Assembly (NCBI RefSeq): GCF_001194135.2
Contig: NC_068993.1
Location: 10,550,811 to 10,614,810, forward strand
From: Octopus bimaculoides
Lineage: Eukaryota
DNA: 64,000 nucleotides
Reading direction: 5' to 3'
Below, one piece after another: positions 48,518-61,616 of the stretch. A program made the translations under genes and the position numbers. Within the stretch, counting starts at the first letter, position 1, and each line of letters begins with the position of its first letter. The notes beneath the pieces were generated by a model. It ran no database searches and had not been told where the DNA came from. It was given only the letters and a program-made list of their open reading frames with translations.

Positions 48518-50852
48518 GTGTATATATAAAGTGCATTTAATAATCATCTTATTCCAATTTCCTTCACTTTTCAATGATTATCAGATGAGCGACTGTCTTT
48601 TGGTACAGACACAACACAGGCGATGCCTTCGGGTCTTTTGGATAAGGTTTTCAGAAATAACTCAATAAGTTTACCATTAACGCCGTGAAATATTCATGGG
48701 TCCCACTAATTATTATTAAGGCAGCAAACTGTGAAAGCATGGATAAGGCTGTATGGTTAAGAAGTTCACTTGCCAACGATGTGGCTTTAGATTCAGTTCC
48801 AATGCAGGACATCTTAGGCAAATGTATTCTATTATATTTCCAGGCTGACCAATTCTTTGTGAATGAATTTGATGGATAGAAACGGTGTCATTTATAATTA
48901 TTTGTGTGTGGTTTGTGTGTCCTTGTATCTGTGTTTGTTCTCACAACTACCATTAGACAATAGGTGTTGCTTTGTTTACGTCCCCATAACTTAGTGGTTT
49001 GGCAAAAGAGGCCAAAAAAAATTAGTCCCAGACTGTAAAAAAAAATGTAAGTACTGGGGTTGACTCGATTGACTGAAACCCTTCAGAGCAGTGTTCCAGC
49101 ATGACCGTAGTTCAATGACTGTAAGAAGTAATAGAAAGCTCAGTGTTTTAGCATTTGGTCAGAATAATTAACTTCCAGAATCCATCAACATTTCAAGACC
49201 TTTCCCGTCATCCAAATGATTTACACGATGCAGATGGTTGTTACCATTTATATTCCAGTCAAGAATTATAGGAAAGGTGCTTCATCCATTTCTCATTTAT
49301 TATTGCAAAATTTTGGATTTTTGGCCTCTTGATATTTAGTATCTTTCAGGAATACGGAAATAGCTTAGCTTTGGTGTCTGGTGTTTCATTTGTTTGTTTC
49401 TGTGTTTATTTGCGTGTTTTGGTTCCAAGTACGAACTGTCTGTGTTTTCAGTTTTGAATTATATATTTCTATAAATAAAGTTTCCATGTTCAACATTTTA
49501 ATGTGTTATATGGATATCCATTATTATTTCAGAAAAATATACAATTTAGAAATCCAAATATATTCAACAAAATAAATATCAAAATAAGTTAAAAACAAAC
49601 AAACTGCACATTAAGCTTTTTGTCACAAACACACATAGACAGATATGTGTGTGCATATATATTTGTATATGTACATAGATATATGGGAGTGAATATATAT
49701 ATATANNNNNNNNNNNNNNNNNNNNNNNNNNNNNNNNNNNNNNNNNNNNNNNNNNNNNNNNNNNNNNNNNNNNNNNNNNNNNNNNNNNNNNNNNNNNNNN
49801 NNNNNNNNNNNNNNNNNNNNNNNNNNNNNNNNNNNNNNNNNNNNNNNNNNNNNNNNNNNNNNNNNNNNNNNNNNNNNNNNNNNNNNNNNNNNNNNNNNNN
49901 NNNNNNNNNNNNNNNNNNNNNNNNNNNNNNNNNNNNNNNNNNNNNNNNNNNNNNNNNNNNNNNNNNNNNNNNNNNNNNNNNNNNNNNNNNNNNNNNNNNN
50001 NNNNNNNNNNNNNNNNNNNNNNNNNNNNNNNNNNNNNNNNNNNNNNNNNNNNNNNNNNNNNNNNNNNNNNNNNNNNNNNNNNNNNNNNNNNNNNNNNNNN
50101 NNNNNNNNNNNNNNNNNNNNNNNNNNNNNNNNNNNNNNNNNNNNNNNNNNNNNNNNNNNNNNNNNNNNNNNNNNNNNNNNNNNNNNNNNNNNNNNNNNNN
50201 NNNNNNNNNNNNNNNNNNNNNNNNNNNNNNNNNNNNNNNNNNNNNNNNNNNNNNNNNNNNNNNNNNNNNNNNNNNNNNNNNNNNNNNNNNNNNNNTATCT
50301 CTCACAAGAAACAGAAACAAAACGATGATGATTATAATAATAATAATAATAATAATAATAATGTGTGAGGATAATATGAAGACACATGCCAAAACCAACA
50401 ATATAGATTTTTCATAAAATCTATCTTGTCAGTCTTGAAACAAATACGCTATACTGTTTCTAATTCATTGGTAAAACATTTTTTTTTTGTGGATTCAGAA
50501 ATTGTTTTCAAAAAGAGACACATGAAGAGATTAATCTTCACTTTATGTTTTTTTTTTTTTTTTGATGTTAAGAATCAACAAATTAACTTATTTATTAATT
50601 AATCATTATTTCTGATGTTGGCATGAGGCCATGTTTTGTGGGTTGTGAGAAAAACCACCACCACAGCTACTTTTACAAACACCACTACGACTACTACCAC
50701 CATCACCACTATTATTGTTAACCCTACCACCACCAAGACCACTCCTTCTCCATCATCATAATCAACTCCACCAATTGATGATCATAATTATCACTTTCAT
50801 TACCATATGCATTATTTTATTATCATTATTATTATTATTGTTATTATTATTG

Positions 50853-51185
50853 AGTGAGAGAGCAGTGCATACCATCAAAGTAACACTGGGGTACAAATAA
50901 ACAAAGTCCAGTATACCCATCATGACTACCCATCTGATAAGGGTACACCAGGCACATGCATCACAATCATATGTGTAAGACCTTACAGGTGGGGCTCTAT
51001 TAGAATTTTCTTCAAGCTCTGTAGCCCATCCCACTCAAAAGGTCCCTGAATAAAGGTTAAGGATGTTGAACAAAACTCCCAGGTTTCCAAAGATGGATTA
51101 TTCAAATCCCAAAGAATTCCTCTCAACACAATGCTATGATGCTCCCCAACTAATTCTGCTCATGATCACAGATGCACATATATGC
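50853..51185 (-). mobile_element. SINE family D, 3' body
   Basis: Homologous to 60823-61190 (acactggggtaca...gataagggt..caccaggcacatgc...ccaaagaattcctctc). Confidence 0.75.
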
Positions 51186-51321
51186 AAACTCTTCAGCGTA
51201 GTCTGTCGCTTACAAAACACAAATTCGAGAACTAGACACACAACGCTCACCCGAAAGAGAACATGTATAAAGTTCTGCAAAGTATATTTGGGGGTATCTT
51301 TCAAAGAAGCCTGTCATATGT

Positions 51322-51480
51322 ACGACAGGCTTCTTTCAGTTTCTGTTTACCAAATCCACTCACAAGGTTTTGTTCGGCCTGAGGCTATAGTAGAAGACAC
51401 TTGCCTAAAGTGCCACACAGTGGAACTGAACCCGAAACCATGTGGTTGGGAAGCAAGTTTCTTACCACACAGCCACGCTT
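51322..51480 (-). mobile_element. SINE family A, 5' half
   Basis: acgacaggcttctttcagtttc...caagtttcttaccacacagccacgc. Confidence 0.85.
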
Positions 51481-51649
51481 GGTAAAGATGATGATGATGA
51501 TGATGAGATATGTTCACATATTCTATCTTTATATTAACCTATCATTGTTTTATTTATTTTTGACCTTATTTGCACGTATAATATTAAACTCGTCAATGTT
51601 TTGTAAATCCATTTTTGTGTTACCTTCCTCATTTACACCATTTTGTGGC

Positions 51650-52165
51650 AAGGATTAGCAGAATCATTCCAATGCAAGATGAAATGCTTTGCAGCACATC
51701 TTTCTGCTCTTTACATTCTGAGTTCAAATCCTGCTTAGATCAAATTGGTCTTTCATCTTTCCAGGATCGATAAAATAAAGTACCAGTCAAATGCGATGGA
51801 TCACTAATCAACTGTCCCTGTCCATTTAACATTGCTAGCCTTATGTCTAAATTATAAACATTATATCTCTTATCTCTACAATACTCTCTTATAAACATTA
51901 TTATTATTGTTGTTAGCAGTAATAATAATAAATAGAAGGCAAGCTGGCAGAATCGTTAGCACGCCAGGCAAAATGCTTAGCAGTATATTGTACGCCTTTA
52001 CATTCCGAGTTCAAGTTCTGCTGAGGTTGACTTTGCCTTTTACCCTTGTGGGGTCGATAAAATAAATACCAGTTGTGTTCTGGAGAGATTGGGGAGTGGG
52101 GTTCAATGTTATCAACTTCCCTAACCCCTGAACTTGCTGGCCTTATACCTAAATTTGAAACCAAT
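51650..52165 (+). mobile_element. Two SINE family B copies (51650-51855 and 51935-52165)
   Basis: gctggcagaatcgttagcacgcc...gagttcaa...gactttgcctttt...ggggtcgataaaataa. Confidence 0.75.
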
Positions 52166-52184
52166 ATATATATGTGTGTGTGTA

Positions 52185-52483
52185 AGGATTTTCGAGCGAG
52201 ATCGTTGCCAGTGCCCCTGGACTGGCTCTTGTGCGGGTGGCACATAAAATACACCATTTTGAGCGTGGCCATTGCTAGTACCACCTGACTGGCCTTCGTG
52301 CGCGTGACACGTAAAAGCACCCACTACACTCTCTGAGTGGTTGGCGTTAGGAAGGGCATCCAGCTGTAGAAACTCTGCCAAATCAGATTGGAGCCTGGTG
52401 TAGCCATCTGGTTTCACCAGTCCTCAGTCAAATCGTCCAACCCATGCTAGCATGGAAAGCGGACGTTAAACGATGATGATGAT
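52185..52483 (+). mobile_element. RTE-LINE 3'UTR copy with two tandem units
   Basis: gatcgttgccagtgcccctggactggc...cacgtaaaagcacccactacactctctgagtgg...(gat)n. Confidence 0.9.
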
Positions 52484-52914
52484 GTGTGTTTGTGTGTGTG
52501 TGTGTGTGATTTAAAAAAAAAAAAATTATTCTCTAGTTTGTTTTGCCGCATGTCATCAATATCACACACAACTATCTCTCTCTGTCTCTCTCTCTCTGTC
52601 TCTCTGTCTCTCTCTCTCTCTCTCTCTCAAGGTTACATTCAGAAGTAGGTCAAAAACCTCAATTTATCATTATGATCAGTGTTCCATGTTAACTGGTAAA
52701 TTCTTTCAAATACACATCATTATAGTAGTGGTGGTGGTGGTAGTGGTAATAGTAGTAATTGAACCATGAATAACAAAATAACCTGTTGAGCGTTGGACAA
52801 CTGACATCCTTCTCGAGTAGATAAAGTATCAGTCAAGTACCAAGATCATTATAATCAACTGCTATTTCTCTACTCCTACCACAAGATAAAAGAATAAAAA
52901 AAAAAAACAGGCCA

Positions 52915-53107
52915 TGGCGCTGGTGTTATGTTAAACGCACCTAGTACACTCTATGGAGTGGTTGGCATTAAGGACATCCAGCTGTAGAAACCAAGCCAAA
53001 GCAGACAATGGAGCCTGGTGCAAACCCTGGCCTTACAAACTCCACTCAAATCGTCCGACCCATGCCAGCATGGAAAATGGACGTTAAATGATGATGATGA
53101 TGATGAT
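52915..53107 (+). mobile_element. RTE-type 3' fragment (diverged)
   Basis: gtacactctatggagtggttggcatt...catgccagcatggaaaatggacgttaaa(tga)n. Confidence 0.8.
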
Positions 53108-53194
53108 ATTCCTATGATGACTGCAAAGGAGCAGATAAAATACTGCTAAACATTTATCTGACATACTGCCCTAATGATAATAATGATAATAATA

Positions 53195-53499
53195 TTCTAT
53201 TGGTCTCTTCTGCTGAATTGCTAATTTATGGGGATGTAAACACACCAACATCGGTTGTCAAGCAATGTTGTGGGGGACAAACACAGACGCACAAATACAT
53301 ACATACACACACATATAATATATATGTGTATATATACGATGGGCTTCTTTCAGGTTTTGTTTACCAAATCCACTCAGAAGGCTTTGGTCGGCCCGAGGCT
53401 ATAGTAGAAGACACTTGTCCCAAAGTGCCATGCTGTTGGACGGAACCCAGAGCCATGTGGTTGGGAAGCAAGCTTCTTACCACACAGTCACTCCTGTGC
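53195..53499 (-). mobile_element. SINE family A
   Basis: ggggatgtaaacacacc...gggcttcttt...cttcttaccacacagtcactcctgtgc. Confidence 0.85.
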
Positions 53500-53676
53500 T
53501 TTTATAACTTACTAAACTACAGAGATAATAAAGTAAGTCTGTCTATACGAACACACGTTCTCAAACCCCTCATCACACTCACTTCTATAAACATGGTTTA
53601 TCATAAAAATAATGTTCACAAAGGTATTTTCACAACTATTAATAATACATAACAATACACACACACACACACACAT

Positions 53677-53710
<34 letters not shown>

Positions 53711-54166
53711 CCATACTGTATGCATGTATGTAAGTGTGTATGTGTGGGTGTGATATATCTGTTGGTTCTGCTACTTAAAAAACAGGTCTATAAAAACTAC
53801 TTAACTGATAAACTCAGCAACCGTTCTGTGAGAAAATCTCTCTTAATTTTGTTTTGTAATTCAGTTTATAATTACCTCAGGTATTTCCTTGGGATCACCT
53901 TTAGCAGGAACTGTGTGTGTGTGTGTATCATCATCATCACCGTTGTTGTTGTAGTTGTTTAAATGCCTGCTTTTCAATACTTGCATAGGGCATACACATA
54001 TATGGAGGCACAGGCATGGCCATGAAGTTAAGAAGTATGCTTCCTAACCACATGAATAAGAGTTCAGTCTCAGTGCACAGCACCTTGGGCTAGTGTCTTC
54101 AAATGTAGCACCTGGCCAACCAAAGCCTTATGAGTAGATTTGGTTGATGGAAACTGAAAGAAGCCC

Positions 54167-54215
<49 letters not shown>

Positions 54216-54287
54216 AGGGTGGTCCAAAAGTAGGTTTACAGTTATTCAACTATCTCTCACATTCAGATATTTACAGTTTAAATCTTA

Positions 54288-54640
54288 ATTATCATCATTT
54301 AATGTCCACTTTCCATGCTGGCATGGGTTGGACGGTTTGACTGAGGACTAGTGAGCCAGAGGCTGCACCAGGTTCAATATGATTTGGCAAAGTTTCTACA
54401 GCTGGATGCCCTTCCTAAAGCCAACCACTCCGAGAGTGTAGTGGGTGCTTTTTACATACCACCGGCATGGGGGCCAGTCAGGTGGAAGTGGCATCGACCA
54501 TGTGCGAATGGTGCTTTTTACATGCCACCAACACAGGAGCCAGTCAGGCGGCACTGGCATCGACCATACTTGAAAGGTGCTTTTTGGATGCCAGTCAGAT
54601 TGCACTAGCATCGGCCATAACTACGATTTCACTTGTAGTC
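54288..54640 (-). mobile_element. RTE-LINE 3'UTR copy with about three tandem units
   Basis: Terminal ~180 bp plus ggtgctttttac..gccagtcagg..actggcatcgacc repeats. Confidence 0.9.
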
Positions 54641-54700
54641 GTGGCCAATATTCACAAATTACAAGCGTACAATTGTATAATGCTGAGCAGACATATTGAA

Positions 54701-55224
54701 CAGTTCTATATTTGCGAGATGAGGAATTATGTACATTATTTACATTTCGTGGATACTTATCATTGTCTTTTTTCTTGTTAACACGTTTTGGCTGATGTAC
54801 TATCCAGCCTTCATCAGGTGTCCATGGGGAATTTCAAACCTGGGTTCTCATTCCTCAGGTATTTTTCCGATAGTATTATTATTGGGCGGTGAGCTGGCAG
54901 AATCATTAGCACGCCGGGCGAAATGCTTAGCAGTATTTCGTCTGCCATTACGTTCTGGGTTCAAATTCCGCCGAGGTCGACTTTGCCTTTCATCCTTTCG
55001 GGGTCGATTAAATAAGTACCAGTTACGCACTGGGGACAATATAATTGACTTAATCCCTTTGTCTGTCCTTGTTTGTTCCCTCTATGTTTAGCCCCCTGTG
55101 GCCAATAAAGAAATAAATTATTATTATTATTGTTATTATTATTATTCAGGTCACTGCCTGGAATTGAACTCAGAATCTTGGGGTTATTAGCTCGTGCTTT
55201 TAACCACTACACCATATGCCCGTG
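54701..55224 (-). mobile_element. Second copy of the tRNA-headed hammerhead element, split by a SINE B insertion
   Basis: cagttctatattt...gaggaattatgtacattatttacatt...cagccttcatcaggtgtc...gggttctcattcct.aggtattttt, then head caggtcactgcctggaattgaactc...ttaaccactacaccatatgccc. Confidence 0.85.
54884..55117 (+). mobile_element. Full-length SINE family B
   Basis: ggcggtgagctggcagaatc...gggttcaaattccgccgaggtcgactttgcctttcatcctttcggggtcg...aataaagaaataa, inserted in an (ATT)n tract. Confidence 0.9.
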
Positions 55225-55542
55225 GGTATATGTAGACATATTGATGTAGACATGTGCTTATAATTTTATATACTCTAATTAATAATACTGCATATGTTGA
55301 AGGCTATGAAACAGCTGTAATCATATTTCTATCCTTAGTATTTGAATGGTACTTATTATCCCTCCAAAGATGAAGATCAAAATTTGATTTCACTGAAATT
55401 TGAAATCAGGATGTAAAGAACCACCCATGCCAGCATAGAAAGCAGACATTAAATGATGAAAGAAACAGAACATGCAACGCATTTTATTTCGTCTGACCCT
55501 AATGAGGATAACGAGAATAACTTTAATTGTTATGATACTGAT

Positions 55543-55968
55543 AGTGGTGATGGTGGTGTTGTTGGCAGTGGTGATAGTGATGATGTGGTAGTGGCGATGG
55601 TGGTAACGATGATGGTGGTGAGGTGGTGGTGGTAGCAACAATTATGATGGGGGAGTGGCAACACTGGTGGTGGTGGTGGTGATGGCAACAATGATAGTGG
55701 TGGTGGTGGTGGTGGTGGTGGCAATGATGACACCCATGATAATGATGATGATGGTGGTGGTGGTGGTGGTGTTGGCAGTGGTGATGGTGATGATGTGGTA
55801 GTGGTGATGGTGGTAACGATGATGGTGGTAGGGTGATGGTGGTAGCAACGATGATGGTGGGGGAGTGGCAACAATGGTGGTGGTGGTGGTGGTGGCAACA
55901 ATGACAGTGGTGGAGGTGGTGGTGGTGACAATGATGATACCCGTGATGATGATGATGATGATGGTGGT
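55543..55968. repeat. Tandem duplication (~210 bp x 2) of a (GGT/GAT) low-complexity block
   Basis: Distinctive words gttggcagtggtgat, gggagtggcaaca and gatga(c/t)accc(a/g)tgat occur once per unit. Confidence 0.85.
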
Positions 55969-56312
55969 AATGACATTGATAAGGGGAAGAAACGTAAAAG
56001 GATTACAGTAACGATGATTATCAAGAACATGTTAATTACAACAACAACAACAACAGCAACAACAACCACAGCCAGATAATAGCACTTAACAATAACAACA
56101 ATAATTAACAATGTTTTTTTAAGCCCCTGTCTAAAAGTTATCATCCAAATCGAAGTGACCTGATCTCATTTCATTATTACCCAGTTATGTTATGGAAGGA
56201 AAATCAAAGAAATATCAAAGAAATAACAAAAAAATAGAAACTACCCACCAAAATTTTAAAATAAAATGAAACAAAAGCTTTCAAACAAACATGTATATAT
56301 ACATACAGATAC

Positions 56313-56345
<33 letters not shown>

Positions 56346-57246
56346 TGTATATATATGAACACACACACACACGTATATATATATATGCACATACACACAC
56401 ACACATATATATAACTATATATATATACACATACACACACACGTATTTATATTTATATATATATATATATATATATACACATACACACACATATATATAT
56501 ATACACCCACATGTACATTTATAAACACACATACATATCTATATGCATGCATACACACACACATACACACATACATACACACACACATGCATGTATACAC
56601 ATATATATACAAACACATAACCTATTCTATTAAAAGTCCAACCATTAAAACTATAAACAATATCGATTGTTCTAAGTCAAAAGATTTCATTAAATGGCAA
56701 ATTCCTCAATTAAGTAAGTGGTTGCTAATACCTTTGTCTTCTTAACATAATGAGTTTAGGTCTGTTCAAGCTTCCATTTAGAAGATGTGGACAAAGGCAG
56801 CGCAGCCAAGTGGTATAGAATTTGCTTTGCAATCAAGAGGTCCCTGGTTTCATTCCCCTGCATTGCATCATGGGTAAGTACCTTATTATAGACATGAGTC
56901 AATGAGCACTAGATTAACCATTAAGAAAAATAAGCATGTGCTCAGAACATGTAGAGAAGTGGTGGTGGTAGATGGTTTACAGCACAAAAGAAATCGATTT
57001 AAATTGCTATAATTATATTCGAAGTGGTTTATGTGATTGGAAATATAATTTCAAAGTGTCCATAGTAAGGATCTGATCAAAGATTTTGCAATTACAAAAA
57101 AATTTAGGAGTAAAGTTTTCAAATATAAATACAGTGAATGTATACAAAAATAAGCATTATTTTCCAACTTTTCCAATTTTGAAAAATGGAAATTTATTTT
57201 ATGGTTTATGATTTATTATTGTTTATGTTTCGAATTATCATACATA

Positions 57247-57670
57247 TATTGGGTCATCCCATTAATAATGTGGATTTTATACTTTTTATTTTTCAAAATT
57301 AAGATAAAGTTCTTTTTTAATCTTACAATATACTCTCCATTTTCTATAACGCTCTTCCTCTATCTAGTAGGCTTGCAAAGCCCCTCTTCCAAAATTCACT
57401 TGTCTGTGACGAAAAATACTAAAATACTGTTCTGACCTCGTCTACAGAATTCATATTTTTTTCCATCCAAATGATTTTGAAGACTGTGGAATAAATGATA
57501 ATCAGTTGGGGAAATGTCTGGCGAATATGGAGGGTGGGGCATCGTTTCCTATTCAAACCGCTCCAGCTTTTGGAATGTTCATCCTCGTTGTATGTAGCCA
57601 AGCAGTATCCTGATGGAAAAGCATCTTTTGTCTTGAAACCAAAGATGATCATTTTTCTTCTACACTGACT
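57247..57670 (-). pseudogene. Mariner transposase 3' remnant with terminal inverted repeat
   Basis: KMLFHQDTA.LHT...ETMPHPPYSPDISPTDYHLFHSLQNHLDGKNMNSVDEVRTV...EFWKRGFASLLDR (mariner YSPDLAPxD-type motif), one frameshift and stops. TA-ttgggtcatccc terminus at 57247. Confidence 0.92.
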
Positions 57671-58267
57671 TGAATGACAGGTTGAACGACCAAATCCAAC
57701 TTCTCTGCTAGTTCTTGAACAATTACGATGGATTTTTGTTCTACCAGGGTTTTCAGGATGTTCTCAACAAGCTCTACAGATCTTCCAGGATGAGGGTTGT
57801 CTTCTAGGCTGTAGTTTCCAGCTTAGAATTTCTGGAACCTCATGACATATGGGGGTCACCAAAATCTTTAAAGTGCTTAGGGCCTCTATGAGTCTTTATC
57901 TGGCCTTGGAGTCAACCCAAAGGTTAACTCCAAGGAAAATTGGGTTTGGATAGACAGAAATTGTGTAGAAACCAGTTAGACATATTGGACTCATAATTCA
58001 AATGTCCATTCTGTTCCACCAGAAGAATAAGGTGATGAGGAATGTAAGGCGATGCTGGTAATGATATATAATCATATTTAGTCTTCATGAATGTCAAAAT
58101 TCAGAAAGAATCTCGAATTTTTAAGCATAATTTTAGATGCAACCTGTTTCTGTATTAAATGACCACATCAAACAACCATACCCATGTGCACACACTCATA
58201 TGCCTGAGGTCCTCTATTAAATTTGATGATAGCCAAACACAAACATATACATAACAATTCATTGTAT

Positions 58268-58325
<58 letters not shown>

Positions 58326-58896
58326 GTATAAACATCAACACATCATAAATACGTATATTTCAGATAAAAACTGCAAAGGTTGATAACATATTTGAAATTT
58401 CTACTCGTTTCATTTTCATATTTTCTCACAGAAATTATATAGTCTGACATTTTATATTTTCTCATGGATAAAAAAAAAGACTCAACAACAACAAAAAATA
58501 AGAAAAATAAGTAAATATTAAAATATAAAATAAAAGAAAAAATTGTGAAAGAAAGTAAAATCATAAAACCCCGACATTTCATAATTTTTACACATAAATT
58601 ACTGCTGTATGTTGCCTTTAAGTGAAAATTGAAGCCGTTATATATTCAATAATAATAATTATTATTATTATTTCTCTGTAAAAGAAATCATTATTTAAAA
58701 AATATATAAAAATAAATAGTAATAACATCATTGTTCTTCTTCTTCTTCTTATTATTATTATTATCATCACTAAGATGGTGGGCTGGCAGAATCATTCGTA
58801 CACCAGACAAAATGCTTAGTGGTATTTCCTCCATCTTTACATTCCGATTTCAAATTCTGCCAAGGTCGACTTTGTTTTTCATCCACCCGCCCCCTA

Positions 58897-59285
58897 GTGC
58901 TTGAAAATAATCATATCTCACTCCTGTGGAACTTTTCTGTTGAAACTGATAGAAAGTTAGTTGCAAATAGCTCAGAAATTATACTGAAGAGTTTCAGATG
59001 AAAATCATGCCTCCTCATCGATATGACTGTCTTGATTGATATAAATGTATCTGTCAAGACCTGCCAAAAGTGAAGTGAATAGAAAAGATCTTGAAATAGA
59101 ATTTAGCAAAATGTAGAAACTCAAGACTAGAGCAATACCTGTGGTTGTAGGTACCCTTGGAATAACAGCAAAAGGGACTGATTATTACCTATCTCAAAGC
59201 CCAGGGAAGTTGAAAATGGAAGAAATTCAGAAAATTGTATTCTTAGAGATTGATCATATCCTATGAAAAATACCATCTATATAAC
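58897..59285 (+). pseudogene. R4/Dong-like non-LTR retrotransposon, restriction-like endonuclease domain remnant
   Basis: VLENNHISLLWNFSVETDRKLVANSSEII...CLLIDMTV...KDLEIEFSKM*KLKTRAIPVVVGTLG...EIQKIV. Confidence 0.85.
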
Positions 59286-59554
59286 ACCCAAAACAACCTT
59301 TCTTTTGTTTTCACATATTACCAAAAGCACATTTTCTAAAACAATACTTCTTACAAATTAAACACAATTAAAACACAAATCCCCTCTCACCAAACTACAT
59401 TCTTTTCTCCACAAAACATCGTAGTTATCAACCATCTTAGTCCTAATGCCTACTTGAACTTACAACTTGATGTCTCTTGAGATCTCTGGGTGATACTTGG
59501 ATTCAGGTTGTACAAACACCAAACCAAATCCGAAGAAGAAAATGAGAACAACTA

Positions 59555-59855
59555 TGATTAATTGAAGTTGGAAGTTTAGAGGTTGTGAGTATTGAAAAGA
59601 GTGGACATAATTAGCACGCTTGGAAGTATCAGCACTCAACTATCAACGTGGATCAAAAAGATTGGTATAAATGTAAAGACAGAACACCTACAAAAATCCT
59701 CATTGCTTGGAACTACAAGAGTTTTTCCACAGGGATTTTGAAGCATGATCAGTAAACACGTGTCGCTGTAGTCTGCTGGCTGTGTGCAGCTGACACTTTC
59801 CATTATACCCACCAAAATAAGCTGAAAGTTTTCATGGAATTATTATTATTATTAA
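59555..59855 (+). pseudogene. Second R4/Dong-like C-terminal remnant with (ATT)n end
   Basis: VDIISTLGSISTQLSTWIKKIGINVKTEHLQKSSLLGTTRVF, like IIGALG...LQKxALLGTARI. Confidence 0.7.
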
Positions 59856-60229
59856 TATTTAATTCTGAATAATCTAAATGTTATTAGCTTGCTCTTTACC
59901 AAATGTAAAAAGTTAAGCAACACCCAGAGCAATAGAAAATACCTTCATAAAATGAAAAAAAAGATCGCTGCTACACACACATAGTTGTACACGTGAACAT
60001 ACACACCTACATACACACACAAAGTTGAACATGTGAGCACAGACACCCACGCATAGAACAATGTTGTACATATGAACATACACGCTCATACATACACACA
60101 TACATACAGAAGCTATATAGAAATTGAGATATACATAAACACATTTCGTCAGAGTTACAGAAATTGGGAAACACTCACACACACACACACACACACACAC
60201 ACATTAAAACTGTAAGGAAACTGAGATAA

Positions 60230-60261
<32 letters not shown>

Positions 60262-60822
60262 ATGCTTGGAAACAAATGCACAAAAAACGAGTTTATTAAG
60301 CTTTATTGTTTAAAGATGCCTACAACAATAACAACAACAAAAGCAGCACAAGAAAACACTTTAAATGATCTTGAGAAAAATATTTTACTCAACTTAGTAT
60401 ACCTCCATGAAGTGGACAAACAACTAGATTGTTGCCTGATTCTAATTTGACTCCTGCTGTTAACGAAGACAATGACAAGCTTTTTTTCTGTCTGTCTGTC
60501 TATATTCCTAACCATCTGCTTATCTATGGACAAACCAGTCTGTGTCCATCCATCTATTTTCTTAATGCCCCCTACACATCTGTCAATCAGGCTATCTATT
60601 TGTCTATCAATCCCACCATCCATCCGTCCATGTACCTACCAACCTGTCCTTCATTTGTCCTTATGTTTTGGAGTTCAAATTGTGCTGAGGTTGACTTTGC
60701 CTTTCATCCTTTTGAGGTTGATAAAATAAATACCAGTTGAACACTGGGGTCAATATAATCAACTTATCTCCTCCCCTGTAATTGCTGGCTTTGTGCCAAA
60801 ATTTGAAATTATTATTATTATT

Positions 60823-61473
60823 GAAAGAGTGAGTGAGCAATGCATGTCATCAAAGGGACACTGGGGTACAAAAATACGAAGCCTAATATACCCAATATGA
60901 CTACCTGTCTGATAAGGGTCACCAGGCACATGCAATCACAACCATATGTGCGCAATATGGTGACCTTGTATCAAGATAAACAGTACATGACCTTGCAGAT
61001 GGGACCCAGTTAGAATTTTCTTCAGGTTGAGTAGACCTCTCCTGCACAAAAGGTCTCTGAATTAGGTTTGTTTAAGGATGATAAATGAAACACCCACATT
61101 TTGAGAGGTGAATTATTCAAACCCCAAAGAATTCCTCTCGCCACACGGTTATTATGCTCCCACACTACTTCTGCTCATGATCAGAGATGTGCATATTGTC
61201 AGCCACCAAAGGACATGCTCAATTAGTTAAGATCAAACAACTGGCAAGCAAATCTGTGGTATTGAGCAGAATATTTGCTGCAGCCCATCTTTTATACCAA
61301 GACAAAACATGTACTGGCCCTTTGAAATACAGGTACTACTCATTTTTGTCAGTTGTGTGAACTGGAGCAACATGAAATAAAGTGATTTGCTCAAGGACAC
61401 ACTGCATCACCGGGAATTGAACTCATGACTTTACGATTGTGAGCTGGATGCCCTAACCACTAAGCCACGTGCC
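60823..61473 (-). mobile_element. Long (~650 bp) tRNA-derived SINE, family D
   Basis: Reverse strand ggcacgtggcttagtggttagggcatcc...gagttcaattcccgg (A/B boxes), with body shared with 50853-51185. Confidence 0.8.
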
Positions 61474-61585
61474 TTCACTTAGAATAAAGAACACAAAACT
61501 AAGGTAGAAAACGTATAAAAATATTTTATCTTTAATTGTTATTATGACAAAATATATTTTGTTGGAATAATGATTATGGATTAAC

Positions 61586-61616
<31 letters not shown>

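Noticed and set aside
54213-54290. Tc1-like left end tacagggtggtccaaaagtagg
   Set aside because: No matching right terminal repeat found, so element limits cannot be supported.
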